A DNA stretch of 58,850 nucleotides from an uncultured Clostridia bacterium (GTDB lineage Bacteria; Bacillota; Clostridia; TANB77; CAG-508). Location of the stretch: NCBI GenBank assembly GCA_944388765.1, contig CALXKA010000003.1, positions 1 through 58,850 on the forward strand. The letters run 5' to 3'. Below, one piece after another: positions 49,518 through 58,653 of the stretch. A program made the position numbers and the translations under genes. Positions within the stretch are counted from its first letter, which is position 1; each line of letters opens with the position of its first letter. The notes under the pieces are model-generated. The model worked only from the letters and a program-made list of their open reading frames with translations. It was not told where the DNA came from and ran no database searches.

Positions 49518-50309
49518 CTATTTTAATATTTTATCTAAAAATATTGCTACACCATCTTCATCATTGGATAATGTTATTTCTTTTGCCTGGTCTTTAACTT
49601 CTTTTAGTGCATTCCCCATTGCTACTCCTAATCCAACTTTATTGATTATTGATAAATCATTTGTACTATCTCCAAAAAATATAACTTCATCAAGGCTTAT
49701 TTCTATTTTCTTACATAATATTTCTAAGGCTTTAAGTTTATCAATTCCTTTTGGATTTAGTGCAATCCATTTTCTAGAATTGTTATTATCTGTATCTGAC
49801 ATTTCAAAAACATTTAAGTCATCAAATTCACTTTCTATATATTTCTTATTTTTGTTAATTTCTTCATTATTCTTTAAAAAAATATTCATTCTTACTATAA
49901 TTTCTTTAATGTCTTCAAGACTATTAATCTTAACTGTAAATCCATTATTTTTTATATTTTCTTTTTTATAAATATAATACTTATTTAAAGAACAATAATC
50001 AATTTGTTCTGCAAAATCTTTAAAGTTGTTCGTTATATTTATGAGTGTATTTCTATTAATATGTCCTATATCAATTCCAATATTATTTTCTACATCATAA
50101 ATATAAGACCCATTATTTAAAATCAAATAATTAAAAGTATTAATATTACAAACATTATTTACACTTGATAAATTTCTAGCTGTTATTCCAACAATAATGT
50201 ATTTATTATTTTTATATTTTTGTAGTACATCTCTGTTTTTTTCTGTAATTTTTTTATCACTTGTTAAAAGTGTACCATCAAAATCCATTGCTATTAATTT
50301 ATATTTCAT
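49518..50309 (-). CDS. Cof-type HAD-IIB family phosphatase
   Basis: 'LIAMDFDGTLL' and 'GDSTNDLSIINKVGLGVAMGNA'. Confidence 0.8.
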   Translation of the reverse strand: MKYKLIAMDFDGTLLTSDKKITEKNRDVLQKYKNNKYIIVGITARNLSSVNNVCNINTFNYLILNNGSYIYDVENNIGIDIGHINRNTLINITNNFKDFAEQIDYCSLNKYYIYKKENIKNNGFTVKINSLEDIKEIIVRMNIFLKNNEEINKNKKYIESEFDDLNVFEMSDTDNNNSRKWIALNPKGIDKLKALEILCKKIEISLDEVIFFGDSTNDLSIINKVGLGVAMGNALKEVKDQAKEITLSNDEDGVAIFLDKILK

Positions 50310-50319
50310 TGTACCTCCA

Positions 50320-50763
50320 TTATTTTATATTTTCCATTTTATAATGTGTTTGTGTTTCTCCATATATTTTAAATCCTAAATGTTCATAAAAACTTTTGGC
50401 TGGATTTTCTTTAAATACTTGTAAAATAGTTCTAATTTTCTTTTGATGATTTTCTTTTAGTTGCTTTTCTAAAATCTCTCTTCCTATTCCTTTATTTTGA
50501 TATTTTTTTAATATACTTATTTCATTAATAAACATGTCTCCTTCTTCTGTTATATGTGTTACATATATTCCTATTTGCTTATCAGCAATTAATATAATTT
50601 TTTTATGGTGTAAATGTTCTTGTAAATCTTTCCTTAGTCTTTCTTTTTGCTCATCTTCTCTCCATCCCCATATTTTATCAACATACCATTTAAAGTTTTG
50701 TTTTTTTAATTCAAATAAAAGATCAAAATCTTCTAGTGTACAATTTCTAAATGTATATTCCAC
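50320..50763 (-). CDS. GNAT family N-acetyltransferase
   Basis: 'QNKGIGREILE'. Paralogous to the C-terminal half of 36413-37318. Confidence 0.8.
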   Translation of the reverse strand: MEYTFRNCTLEDFDLLFELKKQNFKWYVDKIWGWREDEQKERLRKDLQEHLHHKKIILIADKQIGIYVTHITEEGDMFINEISILKKYQNKGIGREILEKQLKENHQKKIRTILQVFKENPAKSFYEHLGFKIYGETQTHYKMENIK

Positions 50764-50783
50764 TTCTATTTCCTCTTTTCTAA

Positions 50784-51302
50784 TTATTTTAAATAACTAT
50801 ATTTTTCACTTACAATTTTATATAGTTCTTTGGCTCCATTACTTAATTCATTTTCATCAACCTTGCCAATTTTATATTTTTCATATCCTAAACATTTATC
50901 AGGTTCAGCTATTTTTAATTCGCCGCTTTTTAGTTTTCCTTTATATGCAAGATATACCCATGCTTGTTCTTTATTATTTCTCGTATCATATGTTTTGGCG
51001 TAAGTTGATGTTATAAATTCTTCTATTTCGATATTTGCTTCATTTCCAACTTCTTCTACTATTTCTCTATATAAAGCACTTCTGAAATCAATATCGTCTT
51101 CTTTTACTCTGCCACCAATTGTTTCTAGTTTAAATCTTTCATCTCTACAACCTGGCCCTCTTCTTTGAAAGATGATTCTGTTATCTTCGTCAAATGCATA
51201 AACAATAACCGCTACCTTATATTCTTGTTGTATATTATCATTTTCATTTAATTTTTCTTTTAATTCTATCATATTTTTTACTTCATCTAAAAACAATTTC
51301 AT
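50784..51302 (-). CDS. Nudix hydrolase
   Basis: Nudix box 'GGRVKEDDIDFRSALYREIVEEVGNE'. Confidence 0.8.
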   Translation of the reverse strand: MKLFLDEVKNMIELKEKLNENDNIQQEYKVAVIVYAFDEDNRIIFQRRGPGCRDERFKLETIGGRVKEDDIDFRSALYREIVEEVGNEANIEIEEFITSTYAKTYDTRNNKEQAWVYLAYKGKLKSGELKIAEPDKCLGYEKYKIGKVDENELSNGAKELYKIVSEKYSYLK

Positions 51303-51324
51303 TTAATTTTCTCCACAATTCATT

Positions 51325-51675
51325 TTATTTTTCTAATAATTTACATTGTTCTTTATACCATGCGGGAGTACAAATCATAATTATTTTACAATCTCCTTCC
51401 CAATAATAAAATTCTCCTTTATCAATTAGAATAACATCCCCTTGCTTAAAAGATATTTTTTCATCTTTTTTATTGATTGTTCCTATTCCTTCTAATATGT
51501 AACATATTTCTTTGCACATTTCATTACTGCAATATCCTTTTTTAGGATATCTACCATTAATTGTATTAATACAAAAATCAATATCTTTATCATTTAATCC
51601 GATACTGTATTCTAATAATTTGCTGGTATCACTATTTTTTACAATTTTTGCTTCACTACTTTGTACTTTTTTCAT
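51325..51675 (-). CDS. cupin-domain protein
   Basis: 116 aa. 'EICYILEGIGTI....FKQGDVILI' follows a typical cupin beta-barrel pattern. Confidence 0.6.
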   Translation of the reverse strand: MKKVQSSEAKIVKNSDTSKLLEYSIGLNDKDIDFCINTINGRYPKKGYCSNEMCKEICYILEGIGTINKKDEKISFKQGDVILIDKGEFYYWEGDCKIIMICTPAWYKEQCKLLEK

Positions 51676-51707
51676 AATAATCTTAATCTCCTCTGATTAC
51701 ATAATTT

Positions 51708-52337
51708 TTAAATATGATATGTTTTCAATTTTTCAATGTATTCTTTTATACTAATATCATTTATATCTTCTGGTTTTAATTTACAATATCTCATAATTTG
51801 TTTTTCTATCCCCAAAGAACAATCTATTAAGTGATTTGCTTTTTCTTCATTAGACCATACTGATAATGGTTTATTTTTATATCTTATTTTTGCATCTTCT
51901 AATCTTTCTTCTATACTTGTAACACCATCTGGTGCTACTCTTTGGTCGCAATAAGCACAAATTTTTCTTTCATATGAATTTGAATTTAATGTTTCTTCAT
52001 TTTTCCTTGATCTTTTTCCATCTAATATTTTTAATTCTTTTTCAGTTAGACCTTCTTGTTTTCCTATTTCTAAGTTAATTTCATGGTCATTAGTTCCATA
52101 TCTATCAAAATATTTTTTTCTTATTTTTAAAAATTCTTCATCGCTTGAAAAATCTTCTGGTATTTTCACCATATTTCCCATATCATGTAACAAACATACT
52201 CTAATAATTGATTTTTGGTCTATTTCTGGTCCGTTTCAATTATCTATTATCAAATTACTACATGCAGCTACCCTTAACATATGCATCTGTAAATTTTCTG
52301 GCAAATAATATTTTCTATAAATTTCTATAATATTCAT
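51708..52337 (-). pseudogene. HD-domain protein interrupted by an in-frame TGA (codon 34)
   Basis: The ATG at 52337 (ATGA overlap with the upstream stop) opens 'MNIIEIYRKYYLPENLQMHMLRVAACSNLIIDN', then TGA at 52236-52238. The same frame continues 'NGPEIDQKSIIRVCLLHDMGN...'. The H...HD motifs straddle the stop. Confidence 0.7.
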
Positions 52338-52780
52338 TTAATGTTCTCTCCTTTACTAGAAATTTTATTTTCATACTCATAATTCCAAATATTTAAATGT
52401 CCTTTTGCTTTTATCGGATTTTTTAATATTCGAATATTATCTAATATCCAAGCATATCTTCCTTCTTTATATTCACCACAAATGTATTCTTGATGATTAC
52501 TTTTTTTCATATCCTCTACATATTCTTTATTCATATAAATGCAATCTACTAAATTACATTTACAAATAATATTCCCAAAATTTAATGAGCTATTTTTTAT
52601 TAAATTCATAAGTTCTTTATTTTCTTTACATTTCTTTGATATATGAGTACTACTTGCATGTATATATAGCTCTCCTCGATATGAAGTTTTCCAGCTTCTT
52701 GTTTCTATTTTCTTTTTATTTTCTTTAATTAAAGTAGCATACGGTTCTGTTAGACTTAATACTTTCATTATTTTCTCCAA
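52334..52780 (-). CDS. ASCH-domain protein
   Basis: 'MKVLSLTEPYATLIKENKKKIETRSWKTSYRGELYIHAS' follows the ASCH/PUA-like pattern. Confidence 0.6.
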   Translation of the reverse strand: MEKIMKVLSLTEPYATLIKENKKKIETRSWKTSYRGELYIHASSTHISKKCKENKELMNLIKNSSLNFGNIICKCNLVDCIYMNKEYVEDMKKSNHQEYICGEYKEGRYAWILDNIRILKNPIKAKGHLNIWNYEYENKISSKGENIK

Positions 52781-52789
52781 CTATTAATT

Positions 52790-53158
52790 TTATTTTACTT
52801 CTTTATCTATCCATGCCATTATCACATTTACAATATATTCCTTTTGTTCTTCACTTAATTCTATTCCAGCTTTTATTTTATGCCATTTATATAAACAGCC
52901 TCTACAACAAGTTGCAGTAGCATGTTGTGCTATAAATACAGGATGTCCTTTCATAGGTGTTTGTTTTCCATCATTAGGTATATATTTAGGTGCTAATCTT
53001 TTATTTATAAAATCATAAGCATGTTCTCTGATTTTTTCTATTCCTTTTTCTTTTATATATTCTTTATCTTTTTGCTTTAAATGAAATTTATTTCTAAAAT
53101 TTGATTTTGACAATCCATTTAGTATATTTTCTACTCTTACATTTTGCACTTTTATCAC
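52790..53158 (-). CDS. DUF4186-family protein
   Basis: 'HPVFIAQHATATCCRGCLYKWH' is the conserved DUF4186 block. The start is probably the GTG at 53149, 5 nt after an AGGTGA RBS. Confidence 0.6.
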   Translation of the reverse strand: MIKVQNVRVENILNGLSKSNFRNKFHLKQKDKEYIKEKGIEKIREHAYDFINKRLAPKYIPNDGKQTPMKGHPVFIAQHATATCCRGCLYKWHKIKAGIELSEEQKEYIVNVIMAWIDKEVK

Positions 53159-53262
53159 CTTTTAGAATTTTTATTTTCCTTACTATATCATAGATTTTCA
53201 AATTTCTCAATTAGGCATATAAATTTTTATATATATTTTAATACCTATATACATAATATTAC

Positions 53263-53291
53263 TAAAAATAAAGCACCATTTTATTGGTACT
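53263..53291 (-). terminator. intrinsic terminator after the alpha/beta-hydrolase gene
   Basis: AGTACCA / TGGTGCT 7-bp stem (one G-U pair) followed by TTATTTTT on the minus strand. Confidence 0.55.
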
Positions 53292-53308
53292 TTATTAAAA
53301 TTTATGTA

Positions 53309-53860
53309 TTATAGATAACCTACAATATCTTCAAATGTATCATATCCACTTTCACTATTAATGTGTCCTGCATTAGGAATAAAAACTTGCTTTGTTGCAA
53401 TTTTATCTGCAAAATCTTTTTCAACTTCATACTTTACATATGGATCATTATTTGAATAAAAACACACTATTTCCTTTGCATATTGCTTTACATTTTCCAG
53501 ATTGTCTAAATACATAGACTTATTGACAGCATCATATTCTTTGTTTATTCCTAAATAATTATTAAATCCACACACAAATATTAATTTTTTAACTTTTACT
53601 TTGTTTTGAATTAAAAATTTTGCTATAAAAACTGGCGCTATACTATGTCCTATTATAGTAGTATTTTCATTAATTAATCTTAAATCCAAATAGTATTTAA
53701 GTAGTTTACTCCAATTTTCATAATTTTGGTATCCTATTCCAATAGGAAAGTCTGGCACATATACTTGCTTTCCATTATCCTCTATAAAATCATGTAACCA
53801 CCCTATCCAATTTGAATATGGGCTACTAAATGAACCATGGATTATAAAATAATTTTCCAT
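53309..53860 (-). CDS. YdeN/RBBP9-type alpha/beta serine hydrolase
   Basis: 'YFIIHGSFSSPYSNW' and nucleophile elbow 'IIGHSIA'. 183 aa. Confidence 0.65.
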   Translation of the reverse strand: MENYFIIHGSFSSPYSNWIGWLHDFIEDNGKQVYVPDFPIGIGYQNYENWSKLLKYYLDLRLINENTTIIGHSIAPVFIAKFLIQNKVKVKKLIFVCGFNNYLGINKEYDAVNKSMYLDNLENVKQYAKEIVCFYSNNDPYVKYEVEKDFADKIATKQVFIPNAGHINSESGYDTFEDIVGYL

Positions 53861-54355
53861 TTATATCTCCTCCAATTTATAATTCACACTTAAAATATTT
53901 TCTTTTTCATCTACTTGTATATGCATTTTAAAGCTATATTCATCATTGGTTAATCCCTTTATAAAAAATCTGTCTAAAATGATTATATTAGATAATATTT
54001 TTTCTTTTTTTAATAGTTCATTAATCTCTATCCATTCTGATGTATTTTCTTTAAAATCTTGTGGTTTTCCTTTATACTCATCACATATAAATACTTCAAA
54101 GTCAAATATTCTATTTGGGTATTCAACAAGCATATTTCCCTTATATTTCAAGTCTTTAATTTTTAGTCCCGTTTCTTCTTTCATTTCTCTTATAGCTGTT
54201 TGCTCTGCTGTTTCTCCTTCTTCAATTTTGCCACCTGGTATTTCATAATACCCTGCTTTTTTATTACTTTCTTTATATTTTGTTACTACCACTTTATTAT
54301 CTTTTATTAAATAGCATCTAACTGCTTTTCTTATAGGCTTTATTTTATTATTCAT
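53861..54355 (-). CDS. Nudix hydrolase (MutT-like)
   Basis: Nudix box 'GGKIEEGETAEQTAIREMKEETGL'. Confidence 0.8.
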   Translation of the reverse strand: MNNKIKPIRKAVRCYLIKDNKVVVTKYKESNKKAGYYEIPGGKIEEGETAEQTAIREMKEETGLKIKDLKYKGNMLVEYPNRIFDFEVFICDEYKGKPQDFKENTSEWIEINELLKKEKILSNIIILDRFFIKGLTNDEYSFKMHIQVDEKENILSVNYKLEEI

Positions 54356-54917
54356 TTGATGTTTCTCCTATATTGGTAAATTTTTCTCTTAAATTATATT
54401 TATTTAGATTTTCAACTGTTGTAAATCCATTAGGTTCTTTTACTCTTTCTAAAAATACAATTCCATCTAAATGATCACATTCGTGTTGAATTAATCTTGC
54501 GAAAAATCCATTTAATTGTTTTACTATTTTTTCTCCTTGTTCGTTATAATAAATTAATTCAATATTCTTATATCTTTCTACTCTACCTCTAATACTAGGA
54601 ACACTCATACAACCTTAGTATTGTATGTCTGTTTCTTTTGACAAATTCTTCCACGTAGGATTTATCATGGCAGTTACTGGTATTTCTTCTGCGTTATTAT
54701 ATTTTATATTTTCTTTTTTAGCACCTACTACAATAATTCTTTTATTTATGCCTATCTGCGGTGCAGCAATTCCTAATCCTACTCCAAATTCTAATGTTTG
54801 TTTTAAATCTTCTATAATGTCCAAAATTTCATTATCTATATTTTTTATATCTACTTTTTCACATATTTTTTCAAGAATAGGATCTCCTACTTCTCTTACT
54901 CTTAAAACTTTTCCCAT
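54348..54917 (-). pseudogene. def: peptide deformylase paralogue interrupted by an in-frame TAA
   Basis: Motif 1 'GIAAPQIG' lies upstream and motif 3 'QHECDHL' downstream. TAA at 54615-54617 sits exactly where the Glu of motif 2 'EGC(L/M)S' is expected ('..DIQY*GCMSVP'). Confidence 0.75.
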
Positions 54918-54930
54918 ATTCTTACTTCCT

Positions 54931-55620
54931 TTAACTATTTTTGCAAGCATTTATGAATGCTTCAAAAATCATATTCATTTTTGAGTCTTTTTTGTATAAG
55001 CTTTCTGGATGAAATCTAACTCCAATATAAAATTTTTTATCCTTAGATTCTATAACATCTGGATATCCATCTTCGCAAAATGCAACTTTATCTAATTTTG
55101 GGCAATCTTTTACTGCTCGTTTATGTATAGAATTTACCATCATTTTATCTGTTTTAACTATATTATAAAACTTAGATGTTTTATCTATTTTTATACTATG
55201 TATATATTCATCAAATGACACATTATGTTTATCCGGATTATTAATTTTATACGTTGTTCCACCTAATGCTCTAACAATATTGTTTTGTCCAGCACATATT
55301 CCTAATATTGGTAAATCATTGTCATAACAATATTTTGCTATTATACTTTCATAGTTGTCTGTCGCTGTTCCTCCTTGCAATATGATACCATCACATAATT
55401 TTATTTGTGTAATCAAATTTTCCTTTTCTTTTGATAATAAATTATCTTTATACTCATCTCCACTATAATTAATTTCTGATTCGGTTGGCAATATTGCAAT
55501 TGCAATTCCGTTATTATCAAATATGGCTTGTTTTATTTCATCTCCTATAAAAGTATTTATTCTACTTGATTCATATTTATCATAATGTTTTGCCACTATG
55601 CCTATTATAGGCTTATTCAT
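54931..55620 (-). CDS. class I glutamine amidotransferase-like / peptidase C26 (gamma-glutamyl hydrolase) family protein
   Basis: 'LGICAGQN' nucleophile Cys and 'RFHPE'. The ATG at 55620 follows an AGGAAG RBS. Confidence 0.7.
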   Translation of the reverse strand: MNKPIIGIVAKHYDKYESSRINTFIGDEIKQAIFDNNGIAIAILPTESEINYSGDEYKDNLLSKEKENLITQIKLCDGIILQGGTATDNYESIIAKYCYDNDLPILGICAGQNNIVRALGGTTYKINNPDKHNVSFDEYIHSIKIDKTSKFYNIVKTDKMMVNSIHKRAVKDCPKLDKVAFCEDGYPDVIESKDKKFYIGVRFHPESLYKKDSKMNMIFEAFINACKNS

Positions 55621-55634
55621 AAGCTTTCTTCCTT

Positions 55635-56291
55635 TCAACTATTTATTTCATTTTTTAAAATCCATTTTATATCTTCAATAGATTTATTAATGTTAAATCT
55701 TCCATTTCCTACTGGGTAATATACAGGATAGAATTTGTATTCCTTTCCATTAATTTTAAGTTTAAATAATTTTTTTCTACATTGTGAAACAGATATCTTT
55801 TGTCCTAAAACGATAGAACTTACTTGGTTTCCAAATAAAATTGTTACTTTTGGATTTACTATTTCTATTTCTTGTTTTAATAAATCTAGATACTCTTCAT
55901 AAACACTATCTGGAAGCTCTCTTGCATCCACTTGTGTACATTTTCCTAAATTAGTAATAAAATATTTGTGTTGTTTTACATCTTTATATACATTTTTAGC
56001 AAATTCTTCTGTCCATTCTTTACCTTTTATGGCCCTTATTTTTTTATAAATATCTTCATTTATTAAATCTAATTGATAAAATAAATCCCAAACATTTTTA
56101 GTTCCTATCCATGGAGATTTTATTCCTTTCCACTCTTTTGATGCTGCTATGTTTCTCCCTGTTGGATTCATAAAAACAAAACAAATATCTGGATTTTTTA
56201 TACATCCTCCGTTATAAATAGAGTCTAATTCTTTTGCTCCATATTTTTTCTGTAATTCATCATATTTTGGTTCTAAATCTTCTAATTTCAT
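55635..56291 (-). CDS. uracil-DNA glycosylase superfamily protein
   Basis: 'CFVFMNPTGRN' (G/M-NP-x-G type motif A) and 'ITNLGKC'. 218 aa. The UDG family was not resolved. Confidence 0.6.
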   Translation of the reverse strand: MKLEDLEPKYDELQKKYGAKELDSIYNGGCIKNPDICFVFMNPTGRNIAASKEWKGIKSPWIGTKNVWDLFYQLDLINEDIYKKIRAIKGKEWTEEFAKNVYKDVKQHKYFITNLGKCTQVDARELPDSVYEEYLDLLKQEIEIVNPKVTILFGNQVSSIVLGQKISVSQCRKKLFKLKINGKEYKFYPVYYPVGNGRFNINKSIEDIKWILKNEINS

Positions 56292-56407
56292 TATTTATTC
56301 CTTTATTATAATTAATTTTTCTATCATTATATCTTCTACAAAAGCTTTATTCCGATTTTCATCATTGCCTAACTATATTTTTCTGCGCAGTCGATATTTA
56401 ATAAAAG

Positions 56408-56860
56408 CTATTTAACTTCTATGTCTTCTATACTCAAAATATCTGCATAAATGTCTGCTTTTGCATTTCTTTTTTCTGTTAATATACCTAGACTAATTAT
56501 ATTGTTTTCCGCTTCATAATCTTCAAATGTACATTTGCCTTCTACTTCATTTTCATTTCCAAATTCTATATTAGTAATAAATTGATGTCCTTCTCCTGTT
56601 TTATAAAATGTCATATTATTGTATTTTATTTCATTTTCTGATATTCTTTCATATTTCATATTTTCAATTACTTTTTCTATATATATCAGCTCATCATCTG
56701 GTATTATAACTAATACTTTATTATTATTTAATTCACATTTTATATATGATGTTGTTTTATCTTCTTCTATTGAGTACCATGTTTTAGTCTTTACTATATA
56801 TTTTGTACCTTTAATATTTATTTTAGTATTTTTATCTAACATGTTTATCAAATTTTTCAT
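56408..56860 (-). CDS. hypothetical protein (possibly DUF4178-like)
   Basis: 150-aa ORF with coding-like composition. The family assignment is weak. Confidence 0.45.
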   Translation of the reverse strand: MKNLINMLDKNTKINIKGTKYIVKTKTWYSIEEDKTTSYIKCELNNNKVLVIIPDDELIYIEKVIENMKYERISENEIKYNNMTFYKTGEGHQFITNIEFGNENEVEGKCTFEDYEAENNIISLGILTEKRNAKADIYADILSIEDIEVK

Positions 56861-56993
56861 TTTGCCGCCCCTTTATATCATTAATATTTCATTATTTCTT
56901 TTATTAAATCTCTCAAAAATATCCTTTATTGTTAATATTTTACTTGTTTTTATTTCATTTTAATCTAAATATATATATTACCCTTCCATAATC

Positions 56994-57398
56994 CTAATCT
57001 TCCTCTATTATTTCCATCAAAATTCCATTTGGATCTTTAATGAAAAAATATGGCTTTCCAAGTCTTCCTTTATTTATAATAATATCTGAATCATTTAAAT
57101 TGTTTTCTTCTACGAATTTTTTAGCTTTTTCTATATTTTTCACACCTAATCCAAAATGTTTATTTCCAACCGTTTTTAAATCTACTTCTAAATTTTTTGA
57201 ATGCTCTGGTAATGGTTTCTCTTCTTGATGATAATGAAATATTTCTAATATCATATTTTCTAAGCTAACCATTACTATATCTATCATTTTGTCATGATAT
57301 TCTTTCTTTATTTTAAACCCAAACTTTTTGTAAAATTCTAGACTTTTTTCTAAATTATCAGTACTAATACTTACATGATTGAAGCTAAACATATTCAT
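56994..57398 (-). CDS. VOC/glyoxalase-family protein
   Basis: 'FNHVSISTDNLEKSLEFYKKFGF' and '..FFIKDPNGILMEI'. Confidence 0.75.
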   Translation of the reverse strand: MNMFSFNHVSISTDNLEKSLEFYKKFGFKIKKEYHDKMIDIVMVSLENMILEIFHYHQEEKPLPEHSKNLEVDLKTVGNKHFGLGVKNIEKAKKFVEENNLNDSDIIINKGRLGKPYFFIKDPNGILMEIIEED

Positions 57399-57555
57399 TT
57401 CTCCTTTATTATTTTTTGTTTCTAGTAATTCATTTTATTTGTTGTCATATCTATTATAAAATCTCAATTTTTTATTAACATTTGTGGGCTTGTCATTCAA
57501 TGTGTATAGGTATTGTACAATGTATTCTCACCTACCTTCAATTTTAATTGAGGTT

Positions 57556-58443
57556 TTATATTCTTTTGACTTTTAATCCATCTTCCATATTTATTTTTGT
57601 AGGTATAATATATTTAGCATCAATTTTATGTGATATTAAATTAGTGGTTACTTTCATTGCTCTTGAACCATCAAACCATTTAGGATTATCACTATTTTGT
57701 CTAATTCTATCTAAAGATGTTACTAAAGCATCTTTATCATAATTGTCACTCATTTCAGTTGTTAGCATATATTTTTGTTTTTCATTTTTATACAAAGTAT
57801 TATCTATTAATTTATATCCTGCATTATTATACCAATATAAATGATCTCCACCCGCTAATATTAAAACATCTGCTTTAAAATTTATATCTCCTATCAATTC
57901 ATTCACAAATTTATAAACATCACTAAAAGAACAATTTGGGATATCATTTTTTAGGGTATCAAATTTATTTGTAATATCTACAACTCCAAAATTGTAATAT
58001 TTTTTATCAATGATTTTTTTATTATTTACAAATATAAGCTCTATAGAGCCTCCTCCACCTATAAAAACACAAATATTGCCATTATATTCTATATTATTAT
58101 AACAACCTAGTGCTGTATAATTTGCTTCATCTTCTTGAGATACAACTTGAATTTGTAGACTAAATTTGTTATATAATTTTTTATTAATTTCATTTAACTC
58201 TTTTTTAGATATATTTCTAAATATACTACATCCATAAATACTTATATTTTTTGTATAGTTCAAAGCATTATTTATTACTTCGCACAATCTATCTAAGTCA
58301 TTTTCATTAATTTTATTTTCATTCTTATAGTTTTTCTTAAATTCAATTGTGGTAGTGTTTTCATATATTATATCTTCATCTTTGTATATATGTGTTTTAG
58401 TATTATTACTTCCTATTTCAATAATACTAAATATATTATTCAT
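57556..58443 (-). CDS. Ppx/GppA-family (ASKHA) phosphatase-like protein
   Basis: 'IIEIGSNNTK', 'SQEDEANYTALG', 'FIGGGGSIEL' (phosphate 1, adenosine and phosphate 2 motifs). Confidence 0.6.
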   Translation of the reverse strand: MNNIFSIIEIGSNNTKTHIYKDEDIIYENTTTIEFKKNYKNENKINENDLDRLCEVINNALNYTKNISIYGCSIFRNISKKELNEINKKLYNKFSLQIQVVSQEDEANYTALGCYNNIEYNGNICVFIGGGGSIELIFVNNKKIIDKKYYNFGVVDITNKFDTLKNDIPNCSFSDVYKFVNELIGDINFKADVLILAGGDHLYWYNNAGYKLIDNTLYKNEKQKYMLTTEMSDNYDKDALVTSLDRIRQNSDNPKWFDGSRAMKVTTNLISHKIDAKYIIPTKINMEDGLKVKRI

Positions 58444-58653
58444 TTTATTTATTCTCCTTTATCATATTTTACATTTTTCTGACATTTCATAATATTTTAT
58501 CAAATATTCCCATCACCCTTCTTTATCTGTAATTTCCTTATAACTATCTTTAATTTTCTCTATAATTCTACCTGCCATTACTTTCTTAATTTCTTTCCTC
58601 AAGCTATATTTCTTCTGAAATACTTAAATAGTATTCAATAATTTTTCTATCTC

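Noticed and set aside
52236-52238. TGA reassigned to Trp (genetic code 4 or 25) as an explanation for the in-frame TGA.
   Set aside because: The other genes in the window translate full-length under the standard code with no internal TGA. Trp is encoded by TGG (for example in the yqzL-like ORF). TGA serves as a genuine stop, for example for the ASCH gene at 52334-52336.
57524-57555. A plus-strand hairpin (CCTTCAATT/AATTGAGG) followed by TTTTAT in the spacer upstream of the VOC gene; possibly a small plus-strand sRNA terminator.
   Set aside because: I found no convincing plus-strand promoter with proper spacing upstream (TTGTCA and TACAAT are 20 nt apart). The stem is short, A/T-rich and contains a bulge.
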